Shown one piece after another: positions 1 through 9,133 of a DNA stretch of 64,000 bases. Origin of the DNA: an uncultured Acidobacteriota bacterium (GTDB lineage Bacteria > Acidobacteriota > Vicinamibacteria > Marinacidobacterales > SMYC01); assembly GCA_947259165.1 (NCBI GenBank), contig CAMYKY010000010.1, forward strand, positions 34,433-98,432. Direction: 5' to 3'. The stretch's first letter is position 1. Each line of letters begins with the position of its first letter. Made by a program: the position numbers and the translations under genes. Under the pieces are notes generated by a model that saw only the letters and a program-made list of their open reading frames with translations, did no database searches and was not told the DNA's origin.

Positions 1-28
1 AACTGCCCGTTCCCGATATTTCGCGGCC

Positions 29-745
29 CTACTCGACCGCGCCGACTTCCCGAGGGGGCCAGATTCGCACAAAGGCTTTGCCGTAGATGTAGCGCTCAGG
101 AACCAGCCCCCAGCTCCGAGAGTCGTTGCTCCCGCGGCGGTTGTCTCCGAGAACGAAATAGTGTCCGGGTCGTATCTCCTGAGCGGCGAAGCCACGGTGG
201 TCGGCATTCTCCGGGAAAACATACGTCTCGGCGATCAAGACTCCATCGACGTAAACGTCCCCGTTGCGAACCTCGACGGTTTCCCCAGGCAGTCCGATGA
301 CGCGCTTGATGAACGAAAGCTCCGGATCTTCCGGGTACCAAAACACGACGACGTCGCTGCGCTCAATATCGGCAAAACGATAGATGAACTTGTTTACCAG
401 AATCCGCTCACCGTCGTGTAGCTCGGGGGACATGCTCGTCCCTTGAACTTTGAATGCCTGGACAACATAGGTAATCAGAAGCACACAAACCACCACCGCG
501 ATCGCGAGATCGTGGAGTAGATCGATGAGTGATTGAAACGGTCGTCCTTTTTCCGGAACGCGCCCATCCGCCCGATCCGCCTCCAGACGCCTCTCCGACT
601 GGAGCGATGCGTCTGGAGAGCTCGTCGCACCCGAATCCGCCGGGGCTCGGTCGCACTCCGCATCCGGTGCAGCGGAATCGGCGGTCGTTGGCGAATCCAC
701 GCCGATTTCGGGTTCGTCGGACTCGGTGCCAATCGGAGTTGTCAA
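29..745 (-). CDS. lepB: Signal peptidase I
   Basis: Motifs V-x-G-x-S-M-x-P (catalytic Ser), FIKRVIG (catalytic Lys) and GDNR..S.DSR; one TM segment. Start placed at TTG 745, overlapping the upstream gene's stop (TTGA). Confidence 0.9.
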   Translation of the reverse strand: MTTPIGTESDEPEIGVDSPTTADSAAPDAECDRAPADSGATSSPDASLQSERRLEADRADGRVPEKGRPFQSLIDLLHDLAIAVVVCVLLITYVVQAFKVQGTSMSPELHDGERILVNKFIYRFADIERSDVVVFWYPEDPELSFIKRVIGLPGETVEVRNGDVYVDGVLIAETYVFPENADHRGFAAQEIRPGHYFVLGDNRRGSNDSRSWGLVPERYIYGKAFVRIWPPREVGAVE

Positions 746-1920
746 AGTTGCCTCATCACCCGCGTGCCCGCGACGCGGTCGTGGAGTCCACGCTTGTCGT
801 CGGTAAACGCAATCAGAATGAAACCCAATCCGAGTATCAAAGAGCTCGCAAAATACCCTAACACTCTGAGAAAGGCACGCTGAAACCCTATGGGAGAGTC
901 GCCGTCCTCCGTTTGCACCGAAAGCCCCAGAAGACTCTTTCCCGGCGTCGCACCCCGCGCAGCCCAAAAGAAGACGTAATACCCAAGACAAAGCAGAGGG
1001 AACACGATCGACACCGCTGCCAGGCTTCCTTCCGGAACGGGCCTGGGCCCGGTATCCCCGCCGTCAAGAGCGAACGTCCCCCACAAGAGTGTTGCCACGA
1101 GAAGCGGGATCCCGAGGATCATGCTGTCCACCAGGGCTGCAACGAGGCGAATGCCGAATCCGGCGGCCTCCTCCGCGCGTCGAGCGGCGGGGGTCGGTTT
1201 TCCCGGCCGGGGTCTGCCAGCCGCTATCGAAGCCGCGGGTTTGGCGCCACTTTCGGGTGCCTCGCCGAGAAGCTCGGAGCGATTGACTGCCTGAGTCACC
1301 AAACCGCGATCTTTTTTCGGCAGCTCATGGCCGCAATGGCCGCAAAACTCCGCGGGCAGCGGGACGGCTTTGCCGCACGCGGTACAGTTGACACTCGTCT
1401 TTTTATGGAGCTCGCCCCCGCACGCACGGCAGAAGCGGTCGGTGGCCAACGCCTGTTTTCCGCAGGAACGGCAGCTGAGAGTAGCTCCGGCACCGGGTCC
1501 CGCAGCCGGCGAGGAAGACGCGCCCGGCACGACGTCGCCTCCGCCGGGACCTTCCGGGTTGGCCGGATTGGCGCTATCCGCGGCACCAGCCCCCGCCACG
1601 GCGTCCGGTGCCGCTAGTGCGGTCGGTGCATCTTCGAGCTGGAACAGAAGACGCGAGGATCCGATTGCCACCAAATCCCCATCTCGCAGCGTTTTCTCCG
1701 CGTCAACTTTGTCCCCATTGACCAGGGTGCCGTTCGCGCTGTTGTTGTCCCGGAGCACATAGATATCCTCGCGCTGCTCCAAGATCGCGTGCCGGCGCGA
1801 CACCATCGAATCGGAGAGGACGATATCGTTCGAGGGGTCGCGACCGATCGAGATGACCCTCGAGGCAATCGGGATTTCCTTCTTGCTGGCCGAAGTCGGG
1901 TTGATGAAGAGCTTCGCCAC
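742..1920 (-). CDS. FHA domain - double zinc ribbon - RDD family membrane protein
   Basis: N-terminal FHA (IGR, SRRH, NGT motifs), four CxxC pairs, and a C-terminal RDD domain (RLVAALVD ... TPGK ... LHDRVAGT). Confidence 0.85.
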   Translation of the reverse strand: MAKLFINPTSASKKEIPIASRVISIGRDPSNDIVLSDSMVSRRHAILEQREDIYVLRDNNSANGTLVNGDKVDAEKTLRDGDLVAIGSSRLLFQLEDAPTALAAPDAVAGAGAADSANPANPEGPGGGDVVPGASSSPAAGPGAGATLSCRSCGKQALATDRFCRACGGELHKKTSVNCTACGKAVPLPAEFCGHCGHELPKKDRGLVTQAVNRSELLGEAPESGAKPAASIAAGRPRPGKPTPAARRAEEAAGFGIRLVAALVDSMILGIPLLVATLLWGTFALDGGDTGPRPVPEGSLAAVSIVFPLLCLGYYVFFWAARGATPGKSLLGLSVQTEDGDSPIGFQRAFLRVLGYFASSLILGLGFILIAFTDDKRGLHDRVAGTRVMRQL

Positions 1921-1926
1921 AGAGCT

Positions 1927-4164
1927 TCACCTTCCCTGCCGGAAACGGAACCGCTGGACCCAGCGAATCTTGACAGGAACGTCGTACTTGGTTGCCGGGT
2001 CCCAACGCCACCGGCCTACCACATCGGTAACCGCCTCGTCGAAAATCTCGCCAGCCGACTCCTGAACTCGGATATCGGTCACGGCCCCGGTCTCGTCGAC
2101 GATGAAACTCAATTCAACGACACCCTCCAGCCCGTCACGCCGCGCACGCTCGGGATAACGCACGGCAGGACACTGGATGCATTCAGGGTCTACGACCCCC
2201 GCGGTGCCCCGCTCAACGAGCTCGCCCACCTCGACTCGCGGAGCCTGGGGTTCGGTGGGCGCCTCCGGAGTCGACGCGACCTCGCCAACCCGTTCGGTCA
2301 AAACCGCCTCCACCTCCACCGTACGTCCCGGGCGGGCGCGCACAGTGTCTTCCCAGGGAAGAAATCCGTCGCGGACGATGCGCAATTTGCGCTCGCCAGC
2401 CTGAACCTGCAGCCGATCCGTCGGTGTGACGCCGACCGCGCGGCCATCGATCTCCACCTGCGCACCGGCAGGGTTGCTGACGACGCGGACGCGCGCAGGC
2501 GGCGGCGGCTTGGGTGGCTCGGGCTGCAGCGTCACTTCGAGTGTGGCAACGGGAGCGTCAATGCTCAGCTCCGCCGTGAGCTCCTCGGACTGAAAGCCTT
2601 CGTGGCGCACCAGAAGATCGTAAGCCGCAAACGGCAGCTCGCCGAGCTCGAGCGGTGTCGTGCCGCGCTCCTCGCCGTCGACGACGACAGTGGCTCCTTC
2701 GGGCCCGCTGGTGATGAACAAGCTTCCGCTCTCGACGACGTCGACGGGCGCAGGCTCGGGGGGGATCACCGGATCCGATTGCTTCTCACCGCTGCCACCG
2801 GCGAGAAAGACAGCCAGGAGCACTACGAGAGCCACAAGCACGGCGCCACCCGCGAGTGCGAGTTTCTTTTGATCGAAGGGAGGCCGACGAGGACTCATTC
2901 CCCCGGAAATTTCCTTGTCGAGGGAGGCCGGCTCCGCTACGTCAACGGCGATGAGAGTCTCGTCAAGTTGGGCACCCGCGTAGAGCGTTTCCTCCGCCTC
3001 CTCGGCGACATAGACCGTTTCCTCTCCCGTGATCGCTGGGAGAGGGACGCTGGCGATAGTCTTCGTGCCATCAACTTCGGGCACGCTCGCTCCTGCGAAC
3101 GTCGCGGTCGCACCTTCGAGAGCCTCATCCCGGTTCGCTGCGGCCGACGGGAGATTGACCGTTTCGTCGCTGGCCGAGCTCTGGGCATCCGCAGCGGGGA
3201 CGAGCGTACCCGTCACCGGAGACGTAGGTTTTTTCGTGTCGGTCGCACTCGGCGCTTTTTCGAGAAAATTCGCCGGGTCTTTGACGATGATCGTCTCGCC
3301 TTCCAGGGCACCAAACCAAGACCCCAAACAGTGCTCGAGCTGCTCGACGAACATCGCCGCAGTCGGGAATCGCTCGAGGGGATCCTTGCTGAGCACCCTC
3401 GAGAAAACCTGATGCCATTTGTCCGGAAGAAGGCCCAAAATCTCGAGACCATCCGGGTGCACGGGATCTGAGTGCACGAGCTTGTACAGAATCGAGGTCA
3501 CGTTGTTGCCCGGAAACGGCTGCTGACCGCTGAGCATTTCGAAGGCCACGACTCCAAGCGAAAAGATATCGGTTCGCCCGTCCAGGTCTTCGCCCATCGC
3601 TTGTTCGGGAGACATATAGCTGGGCGTTCCCATCATCAGTCCGGAGTTCGTCATCTCCGCGTCCATGAGCTTCGCGATCCCGAAATCCGTGACTTTGACC
3701 TTCTCCCCCCCGAAGACGATCACGTTCGAGGGTTTGATGTCGCGATGGATCACGCCTTCGGTGTGCGCGTAGTCCACGGCGGCCGCAATCTGGGAAACGA
3801 GACCGACGACGACTTCTGGGCGGAGCCGCTCCCCCTCGAGTAGCTCGGCGACGGTCTGCCCCTCGACAAACTCCATCGCAAGCCAAGGAACCTGATCTTC
3901 CGTATGCCCGACATCGTACAAAGTGATGATGTTGGGATGGGACAACCGGCCCGCGGTACGCGCCTCCGTTGCGAAGCGCTCGAGAAACGCCTTGTAGTCA
4001 GGGCTCTGGGGAGGCACGTCGAGGCGTAGCGTTTTGACCGCGACGGGCCGTTTGATGAGCGGGTCGAACGCTTTGTAGACCGCGCCCATGGCACCGAAGC
4101 CAACGGCTTCGATGATCTCATAGCGATCGATCTTCTTGGGGATCTCGCCTCTCGATTCGCTCAA
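1927..4164 (-). CDS. Hanks-type Ser/Thr kinase with TM, PEGA repeats and TonB C-terminal domain
   Basis: Kinase motifs GxGxxG, VAVK, HRDIKPSN, DFG and GTPSYMSPEQ; TM helix; two PEGA-like repeats (SxPxGAxVxxDG); TonB_C-like end (YPERARRDGLEGVVELSFIVDETG). Confidence 0.9.
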   Translation of the reverse strand: MSESRGEIPKKIDRYEIIEAVGFGAMGAVYKAFDPLIKRPVAVKTLRLDVPPQSPDYKAFLERFATEARTAGRLSHPNIITLYDVGHTEDQVPWLAMEFVEGQTVAELLEGERLRPEVVVGLVSQIAAAVDYAHTEGVIHRDIKPSNVIVFGGEKVKVTDFGIAKLMDAEMTNSGLMMGTPSYMSPEQAMGEDLDGRTDIFSLGVVAFEMLSGQQPFPGNNVTSILYKLVHSDPVHPDGLEILGLLPDKWHQVFSRVLSKDPLERFPTAAMFVEQLEHCLGSWFGALEGETIIVKDPANFLEKAPSATDTKKPTSPVTGTLVPAADAQSSASDETVNLPSAAANRDEALEGATATFAGASVPEVDGTKTIASVPLPAITGEETVYVAEEAEETLYAGAQLDETLIAVDVAEPASLDKEISGGMSPRRPPFDQKKLALAGGAVLVALVVLLAVFLAGGSGEKQSDPVIPPEPAPVDVVESGSLFITSGPEGATVVVDGEERGTTPLELGELPFAAYDLLVRHEGFQSEELTAELSIDAPVATLEVTLQPEPPKPPPPARVRVVSNPAGAQVEIDGRAVGVTPTDRLQVQAGERKLRIVRDGFLPWEDTVRARPGRTVEVEAVLTERVGEVASTPEAPTEPQAPRVEVGELVERGTAGVVDPECIQCPAVRYPERARRDGLEGVVELSFIVDETGAVTDIRVQESAGEIFDEAVTDVVGRWRWDPATKYDVPVKIRWVQRFRFRQGR

Positions 4165-4281
4165 CGGGGTTCTCCGGCCATCCGGAATTGCAACCGGGGC
4201 CGACGGTCAAATTCGGTCAATGGTGCGAGGTAGCTGTCTCGCCACGAGTCAGGATCTATCTCTCCAAGATACAGTTAAGTC

Positions 4282-4311
4282 ACTCTAACATAACCCTTTA
4301 AGGGGTGTCAA
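4282..4311 (-). promoter_or_regulatory. Putative sigma70 promoter for the kinase operon
   Basis: Minus strand reads TTGACA-N18-TAGAGT with an extended TGn, about 120 bp upstream of the kinase start. Confidence 0.45.
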
Positions 4312-4388
4312 CGCGACCCATGTAGCGAGCCGCACCGCGGGACGGTATGATAGCCAGGTCCGCGGACCCCCGGAGTTGCCGAGTTCCT

Positions 4389-5987
4389 ATGTCACAAGCT
4401 CAATCGCTCGACTATCGCAGCCTTCCTTCCTACAAACCGTTGTTTCTAGACTATCTGCACCGATTCGACGCTTTGTCATCTTTCTTCGCGGGCGATCCGT
4501 TCGAGCCAGAGTCCTGGACGAAAGTGGCTTCCGAGCTCGACGTTGGCAACGCGCGCACCGGCACCGCCGCTCCACTCAAAGCGCTCAACCAGGCACTGGG
4601 TGCGGACGAGCACGCTTTGCGTTCAATCGACGGGCTTGGCGACGGCGCCCTCGCTGTTGTCAGTGGCCAACAGGTTGGGCTTTTCGGCGGCCCGCTCTAT
4701 ACGCTGTACAAAGCGATGAGCTCGGTGCGGTTAGCGCGCGCAGCGGAAGAGCGACTGCAAAAACGAGTCGTCCCAATATTTTGGATGGACGCCGACGACC
4801 ACGATTTCGCCGAGGTGCAAAGCGCCTGGGTGCTCGACCCGTCGTACGATCTCGTTAACCTGCGCTACGAAGGGGGCGACTCCACCGAGAGACTCGCCGT
4901 CGGCGGGCGCAAGCTGTCTCCCGCTATTGAGGCGGTCGTGGATCACGCGGCCCAATCGCTTCCGCAGACCGAGTTCAAGGAAGACGTGCTCTCAGCGCTC
5001 CGCCAAAGCTACTCACCGGGGAAGACGTTGGCAGAAGCGTTTGGCACGTGGCTTTTGCGCATGACGCGCGGTACTGGCCTCGTCGTCGTCGATCCTGCGC
5101 TTCCGGAGCTCAAAGCGATCGGAGCCAGCGTTTTCGAGCGAGAGCTAGCCGGCGGCTCCACGAGCACCCAGTTGGTGCAACAGACAACCGACGAGCTGCT
5201 CGCCCTGGGCTACCACGCGCAAGCGAACGCCTCGGAAACCAACCTGAACTTGTTCTACGCCGACCCGATGCGCAATCCGATCAGCGCCTCAGCGAACGCA
5301 ACGGAAAAAAGTGACCTGGTGCGCCAGCTCCGAGATGAGCCGACCCGGTTCAGCCCGAACGTGTTGCTCCGCCCCGTCTATCAAGACACGCTATTCCCGA
5401 CTCTCGCTTACGTCGCCGGCCCCAACGAGCTCGCCTACTTTGCGCAGCTGAAACGGGTTTACGAGCATTTCGACGTGACCATGCCCCTCATCGCGTCCCG
5501 CACGAGCCTCACGGTCATTGAGCGGCCGCAGGCACGTTTCCTCGATCGCTACGGCGTGGACCTCGTCAAACTCGACTCGGATGACGAGTCCGTGCTCAAC
5601 GACATCGTCCGTGCACAAACTCCACCTCAGCTCGACGAAGATTTGTCCCGCGCCCGGAACTGCATCCAGGACATCACCACCGCTCTCGAGCGAGACCTCA
5701 AGGGTGTCGACGAGTCGCTCGTTCCCGCTGTCAAGTCGACACGGGGAAAGCTATTTCATCATTTGCAAGAACTCGAGACGAAAGCACTTCGTGCGGTCAA
5801 GCGGAAAAACGACACCGTTCGCCAGCAGTTTCTTGCCACGCGCACGGCGCTGTTCCCCGGCTTCGAGATGCAGGAACGGAAATTGTCGCCACTCGGCTAT
5901 TTCAACAAGTATGGCTGGCACTTCGCGTCGATGGTCGAGGACAAGGCGGACCCCGCGCTCAAAGCGCACGCGCTGCTCTATCCTTAA
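4389..5987 (+). CDS. bshC: Bacillithiol biosynthesis cysteine-adding enzyme
   Basis: Motifs SGQQVGLFGGPLYTLYKA, PIFWMDADDHDF, FSPNVLLRPVYQD, YVAGPNELAYFAQL and QER. Confidence 0.9.
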   Translation: MSQAQSLDYRSLPSYKPLFLDYLHRFDALSSFFAGDPFEPESWTKVASELDVGNARTGTAAPLKALNQALGADEHALRSIDGLGDGALAVVSGQQVGLFGGPLYTLYKAMSSVRLARAAEERLQKRVVPIFWMDADDHDFAEVQSAWVLDPSYDLVNLRYEGGDSTERLAVGGRKLSPAIEAVVDHAAQSLPQTEFKEDVLSALRQSYSPGKTLAEAFGTWLLRMTRGTGLVVVDPALPELKAIGASVFERELAGGSTSTQLVQQTTDELLALGYHAQANASETNLNLFYADPMRNPISASANATEKSDLVRQLRDEPTRFSPNVLLRPVYQDTLFPTLAYVAGPNELAYFAQLKRVYEHFDVTMPLIASRTSLTVIERPQARFLDRYGVDLVKLDSDDESVLNDIVRAQTPPQLDEDLSRARNCIQDITTALERDLKGVDESLVPAVKSTRGKLFHHLQELETKALRAVKRKNDTVRQQFLATRTALFPGFEMQERKLSPLGYFNKYGWHFASMVEDKADPALKAHALLYP

Positions 5988-6014
5988 GCTGTCCCTCGAG
6001 GCCTCTTGTCGGAC

Positions 6015-6042
6015 TAAAGCCGGCCAGACCGGCTGCCGATAC
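6015..6042 (+). promoter_or_regulatory. Sigma28 (FliA)-type promoter
   Basis: TAAA-N16-GCCGATAC immediately upstream of the flgM-like ATG at 6058; consensus is TAAA-N15/16-GCCGATAA. Confidence 0.7.
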
Positions 6043-6057
6043 AGCTTTGAGCGGAAT

Positions 6058-6258
6058 ATGAGACGAACCCCATCGACAAGAGCCCATGGAGCCACGCCCA
6101 GGGCCTCGCTGGAGCGTGAGCTTCGTTTGACCCGTTTGCGAGACAGCGTGCGGGCGGGTCGCTACCATGTCCCCGCAGATTCTGTCGCCAAGAGTATTCT
6201 CCGGCACCTCGGCACTACGGAACGTGAGGACGAGTCGCTGGCCGCTCAGCAGCGATAG
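6058..6258 (+). CDS. flgM: FlgM-like anti-sigma28 factor (short, C-terminal domain)
   Basis: RLTRLRDSVRAGRYHVPADSVAKSIL matches the FlgM C-terminal pattern; sigma28 promoter upstream; fliA nearby. Confidence 0.7.
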   Translation: MRRTPSTRAHGATPRASLERELRLTRLRDSVRAGRYHVPADSVAKSILRHLGTTEREDESLAAQQR

Positions 6259-6542
6259 TCGTAAACCAGTTTGTCGTCTTGAATCGGCCCGAGGATCTCG
6301 TGAACGAACCGCTGGTGCTCGGAGTGGACCTGGTACGCCTCGAGTGCCGCGTCGTCGTCAAACTCCATGACGAGCGCAAGTGGGTGCGATCGCTCGGCTT
6401 TGACCCCGAGCCCCTCACCGACACGCAGATCCCGCACCCCTGGAATAGGGCCGAGAGTTTCTTTGGCCTGCGCGATGAACGCACCGGTATCGGCAGACGA
6501 GATTTCCGGCTTGAGTCGAATAAGAACTACATGGCAAATCAT
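6246..6542 (-). CDS. Dabb family stress-responsive A/B barrel protein
   Basis: MICHVVLIRLK ... IPGV ... F.D.AALEAYQVHSEH ... YDY pattern. Confidence 0.85.
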   Translation of the reverse strand: MICHVVLIRLKPEISSADTGAFIAQAKETLGPIPGVRDLRVGEGLGVKAERSHPLALVMEFDDDAALEAYQVHSEHQRFVHEILGPIQDDKLVYDYRC

Positions 6543-6608
6543 GCGCGCACCTCGGAAGAAAGAATACCCCATTGGAGGCAGAGGGTCCGATGAGCGCGAC
6601 TCCCGCGG

Positions 6609-7334
6609 CTACGCCGTGCGAGCGAGTACGGCGATGGGTCTCGGGTGCAGGTGCGCCGTGAGTCGCGAACGGAGTGTCCGAACTGCCTTGGTGTGGATCT
6701 GAGAAACGCGCGACTCGTTGACACCGAGAACGTCTCCGATTTCCTTCATCGTCAGCTCTTCGTGATAGTACAGAGTCATTACCAGCCGCTCCCGCTCGCC
6801 CAGCCTCTCGACGGCGCTCGCGAGCAGGGCAATGAGCTCCCGCCGCTCGAGCAAATCATGAGGGTCGCTACCCTTGGGATCGCGCACGAAGACGTCGATG
6901 TCATCGACCCCTTCGACACGTTCGGCCCTCACCTCCGCACGGCGGACTTCCTCGACGATTTTGCGAAGCCGGGTCGTGGACAGCTCGAGCTCGGTGGCAA
7001 GCTCCTCGTCGCTCGGTGCTCGTCCCAGGAGACACTCGAGTCTCGCCGACGCTGCGTCGAGCTCACGACGTCGACGACGCACCGAGCGCGGTAACCAGTC
7101 GAGAGCACGGAGACTATCGAGAATCGAGCCACGGATCCGAAGCTCGGCGTACGTCCAAAAACGCACGCCTTTGCTGACATCGTACTTGGCGGCAGCGTCG
7201 AGCAGGCCGAGAAAACCGGCCTGGGTCAAGTCGCAAAGCTCCACCTGCGACGGCAGCCGGCTCGCGACATGAAGTGCCACCCGCCGAACCAGCGGCAAGT
7301 ACTCCTGAACCATGGCCTGTTTGCTTGCGTTCAT
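6609..7334 (-). CDS. fliA: RNA polymerase sigma factor FliA/WhiG (sigma28)
   Basis: DLTQAGFLGL, FWTYAELRIRGSILDSLRALDWLPRSVR and LYYHEELTMKEIGDVLGVNESRVSQIH. Confidence 0.92.
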   Translation of the reverse strand: MNASKQAMVQEYLPLVRRVALHVASRLPSQVELCDLTQAGFLGLLDAAAKYDVSKGVRFWTYAELRIRGSILDSLRALDWLPRSVRRRRRELDAASARLECLLGRAPSDEELATELELSTTRLRKIVEEVRRAEVRAERVEGVDDIDVFVRDPKGSDPHDLLERRELIALLASAVERLGERERLVMTLYYHEELTMKEIGDVLGVNESRVSQIHTKAVRTLRSRLTAHLHPRPIAVLARTA

Positions 7335-7377
7335 CGTGACGTATTTTCCGGGGTGTTTGCGGCGCGCAGTGGTGTGT

Positions 7378-7393
7378 TGCAAGAAAACTGCCA
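7378..7393 (-). promoter_or_regulatory. Sigma54 -24/-12 promoter upstream of fliA
   Basis: Minus strand TGGCAGTTTTCTTGCA has exact GG-N10-GC spacing and lies about 45 bp upstream of the fliA ATG. Confidence 0.65.
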
Positions 7394-7518
7394 GCAACCA
7401 AAGCTCATGAAATGAGCTACTTGGACCTGGGGATGGGGGCAAGTTCCCCTAGGGGCGTGTTAAAACTTTAAACCCGCTGAGAATCCAGCACACCGATCCC
7501 CACTGCTGAAACGGTGAC

Positions 7519-7615
7519 CTTTCGTGCCCGTGTCCGCGTGCGTGCCCGTGCCCGATAAATCTTGGTCACGGGTTTTCCTGTGAGTGCTTTTCTTGGTCGG
7601 GCACGGGCACGAAAA
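7519..7615. repeat. Hexamer (CGTGCC/GGCACG) tandem inverted-repeat element
   Basis: Left arm TCGTGCCCGTGTCCGCGTGCGTGCCCGTGCCCGA, right arm TCGGGCACGGGCACGAAA; the left arm is nearly identical to 24337-24370. Confidence 0.75.
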
Positions 7616-7620
7616 GCCAG

Positions 7621-8841
7621 CTACGGCGGCGTCAATTCATGCTCAGCAGCCCCGACCCAGGTCGCGTTCACCAGCTGGCCTACTAGATTCGTCGACGAGC
7701 GCAGCATGTCCAGGGGACGTTCGACACCGAGCACGAGCGCCGCGCCTTCGATCGGAAGTCCTAGGGCGGCGAGAAGGATCGTCAAATTGACGAAGCTCGC
7801 CGCCGGAACGGGCGCTACCGCGAGCGAAGACAGCATCGCGGTCACGATCAAGCTCGTCAAGCCCTGGGCTCCCAATGAGGCGCCGTAGACTTGCGCAATG
7901 AACAACACCGAGATGGCTTGATAGATAGCACTGCCGTCCCGGCCAATCGCCGCACCCAAAGGCAGCACGAAGCTCGCGACTCGTGACGAGAGCCCCATAC
8001 TCTTTTCCATAGCCGCCATCGAGACGGGAAGGGCTGCGGCGGTCGAACAGGTCGCAAAGGTGATCAGAAGCGGCGGCTTCGCCGCGTCGAGGAAACGACC
8101 CACACTCTGCCGCGCCACCACCCGCAGCATCACTCCGTACACGACAACGATATGAACAACGAGCGCGAGCACGACGACACCGGCGTAAGCAGAAAGACTC
8201 CAGAGAATCGAGAGGCCCGATCGACCGACGACCGCAGCCATCAAACCGAAGACACCGAACGGTGCGAGCTGCAAGATCCAACCGGTGATCTTGACGAACA
8301 TCTCCGCAACGCTTCGCGAGAGATCAACGACAGGCTTGCGCTTATCAGCAGGGAGCGCACTCGCGGCAAGACCGACGAGAATCGAGACGAGCAAAACTTG
8401 AACGACGTTGCCCTCGACCGCCGCTCGGATTGGATTATCGGGAACGATACCAACGAGCGTGTCGACGAGAGACTCTCGCGGCGCATCCGGATCCACGTCT
8501 GGAACTTCCTGGCCTTCGAGAAGGCTCGCACGCGCAGCAGCCGACATCGTCGTTCCTGGGCTCAACAACGACCCGATCGAAATCCCGATGATCAGAGCGA
8601 GGAACAGACTGACGAGAATGAATCCGAACGCCCGCAGCCCCATCCGCCCCAACGCTGCCCGTCCTGGTAATCCGGCTATCGCCACGACGAGAGACGCCGC
8701 AACCAAAGGAACGATCACCATCCGAATGAGCTTGATGAACAGCGTCCCCAAGGGCTCGAGGATGGAGGCGGCTTCGCCGAAATACGCACCGACGAGGACA
8801 CCGGCAACGAGCCCAATCGCGACGCGGTTGTGAATCTTCAA
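7621..8841 (-). CDS. Dicarboxylate/amino acid:cation symporter (DAACS/GltP family)
   Basis: Multi-TM protein; FIKLIRMVIVPLV, FATCSTAAALP, VLPLGAAIGRDG and DMLRSSTNLVG. Start placed at TTG 8841. Confidence 0.9.
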   Translation of the reverse strand: MKIHNRVAIGLVAGVLVGAYFGEAASILEPLGTLFIKLIRMVIVPLVAASLVVAIAGLPGRAALGRMGLRAFGFILVSLFLALIIGISIGSLLSPGTTMSAAARASLLEGQEVPDVDPDAPRESLVDTLVGIVPDNPIRAAVEGNVVQVLLVSILVGLAASALPADKRKPVVDLSRSVAEMFVKITGWILQLAPFGVFGLMAAVVGRSGLSILWSLSAYAGVVVLALVVHIVVVYGVMLRVVARQSVGRFLDAAKPPLLITFATCSTAAALPVSMAAMEKSMGLSSRVASFVLPLGAAIGRDGSAIYQAISVLFIAQVYGASLGAQGLTSLIVTAMLSSLAVAPVPAASFVNLTILLAALGLPIEGAALVLGVERPLDMLRSSTNLVGQLVNATWVGAAEHELTPP

Positions 8842-8952
8842 ACTGGCCGGAGCGTAGCATGATCGGCATTTCGCCGTGAGGGCAGCTTCGACGGAGCCCG
8901 GACGATATCTCACTCCTTCGAAGAGGTCCGATGCGGACGATTCAGCATTCGG

Positions 8953-9029
8953 TTTCACCACGGAGTCACGGAGAGCACGACGCGAGGACAACCCTTTTCT
9001 CTATGATCCGCCGAGACTCCGCGGTGAAA
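8953..9029. repeat. CACGGAG-type inverted-repeat element
   Basis: Arms TTTCACCACGGAGTC / GACTCCGCGGTGAAA; related to 32467-32553. Confidence 0.6.
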
Positions 9030-9133
9030 TCGGCGGGCCATTGGGGAGGCGAAATGCGCACTCCACGGGGTCAAGCAAACCGTTCTTTGCTTGGATCTTG
9101 CGCGAGTGCGGAGAAGTTGTTATCACCACTAAT

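Noticed and set aside
1789..3471. Long alternative ORFs (e.g. 1789-3471 +, 39630-41522 +, 60996-62153 +, and the 5' part of 56655-58100 +)
   Set aside because: Antisense or off-frame shadows of well-supported genes in GC-rich DNA, with no motifs of their own.
4389..5987. bshC outside Firmicutes as a novelty
   Set aside because: Bacillithiol genes are already known from several other phyla, so this is not unusual by itself.
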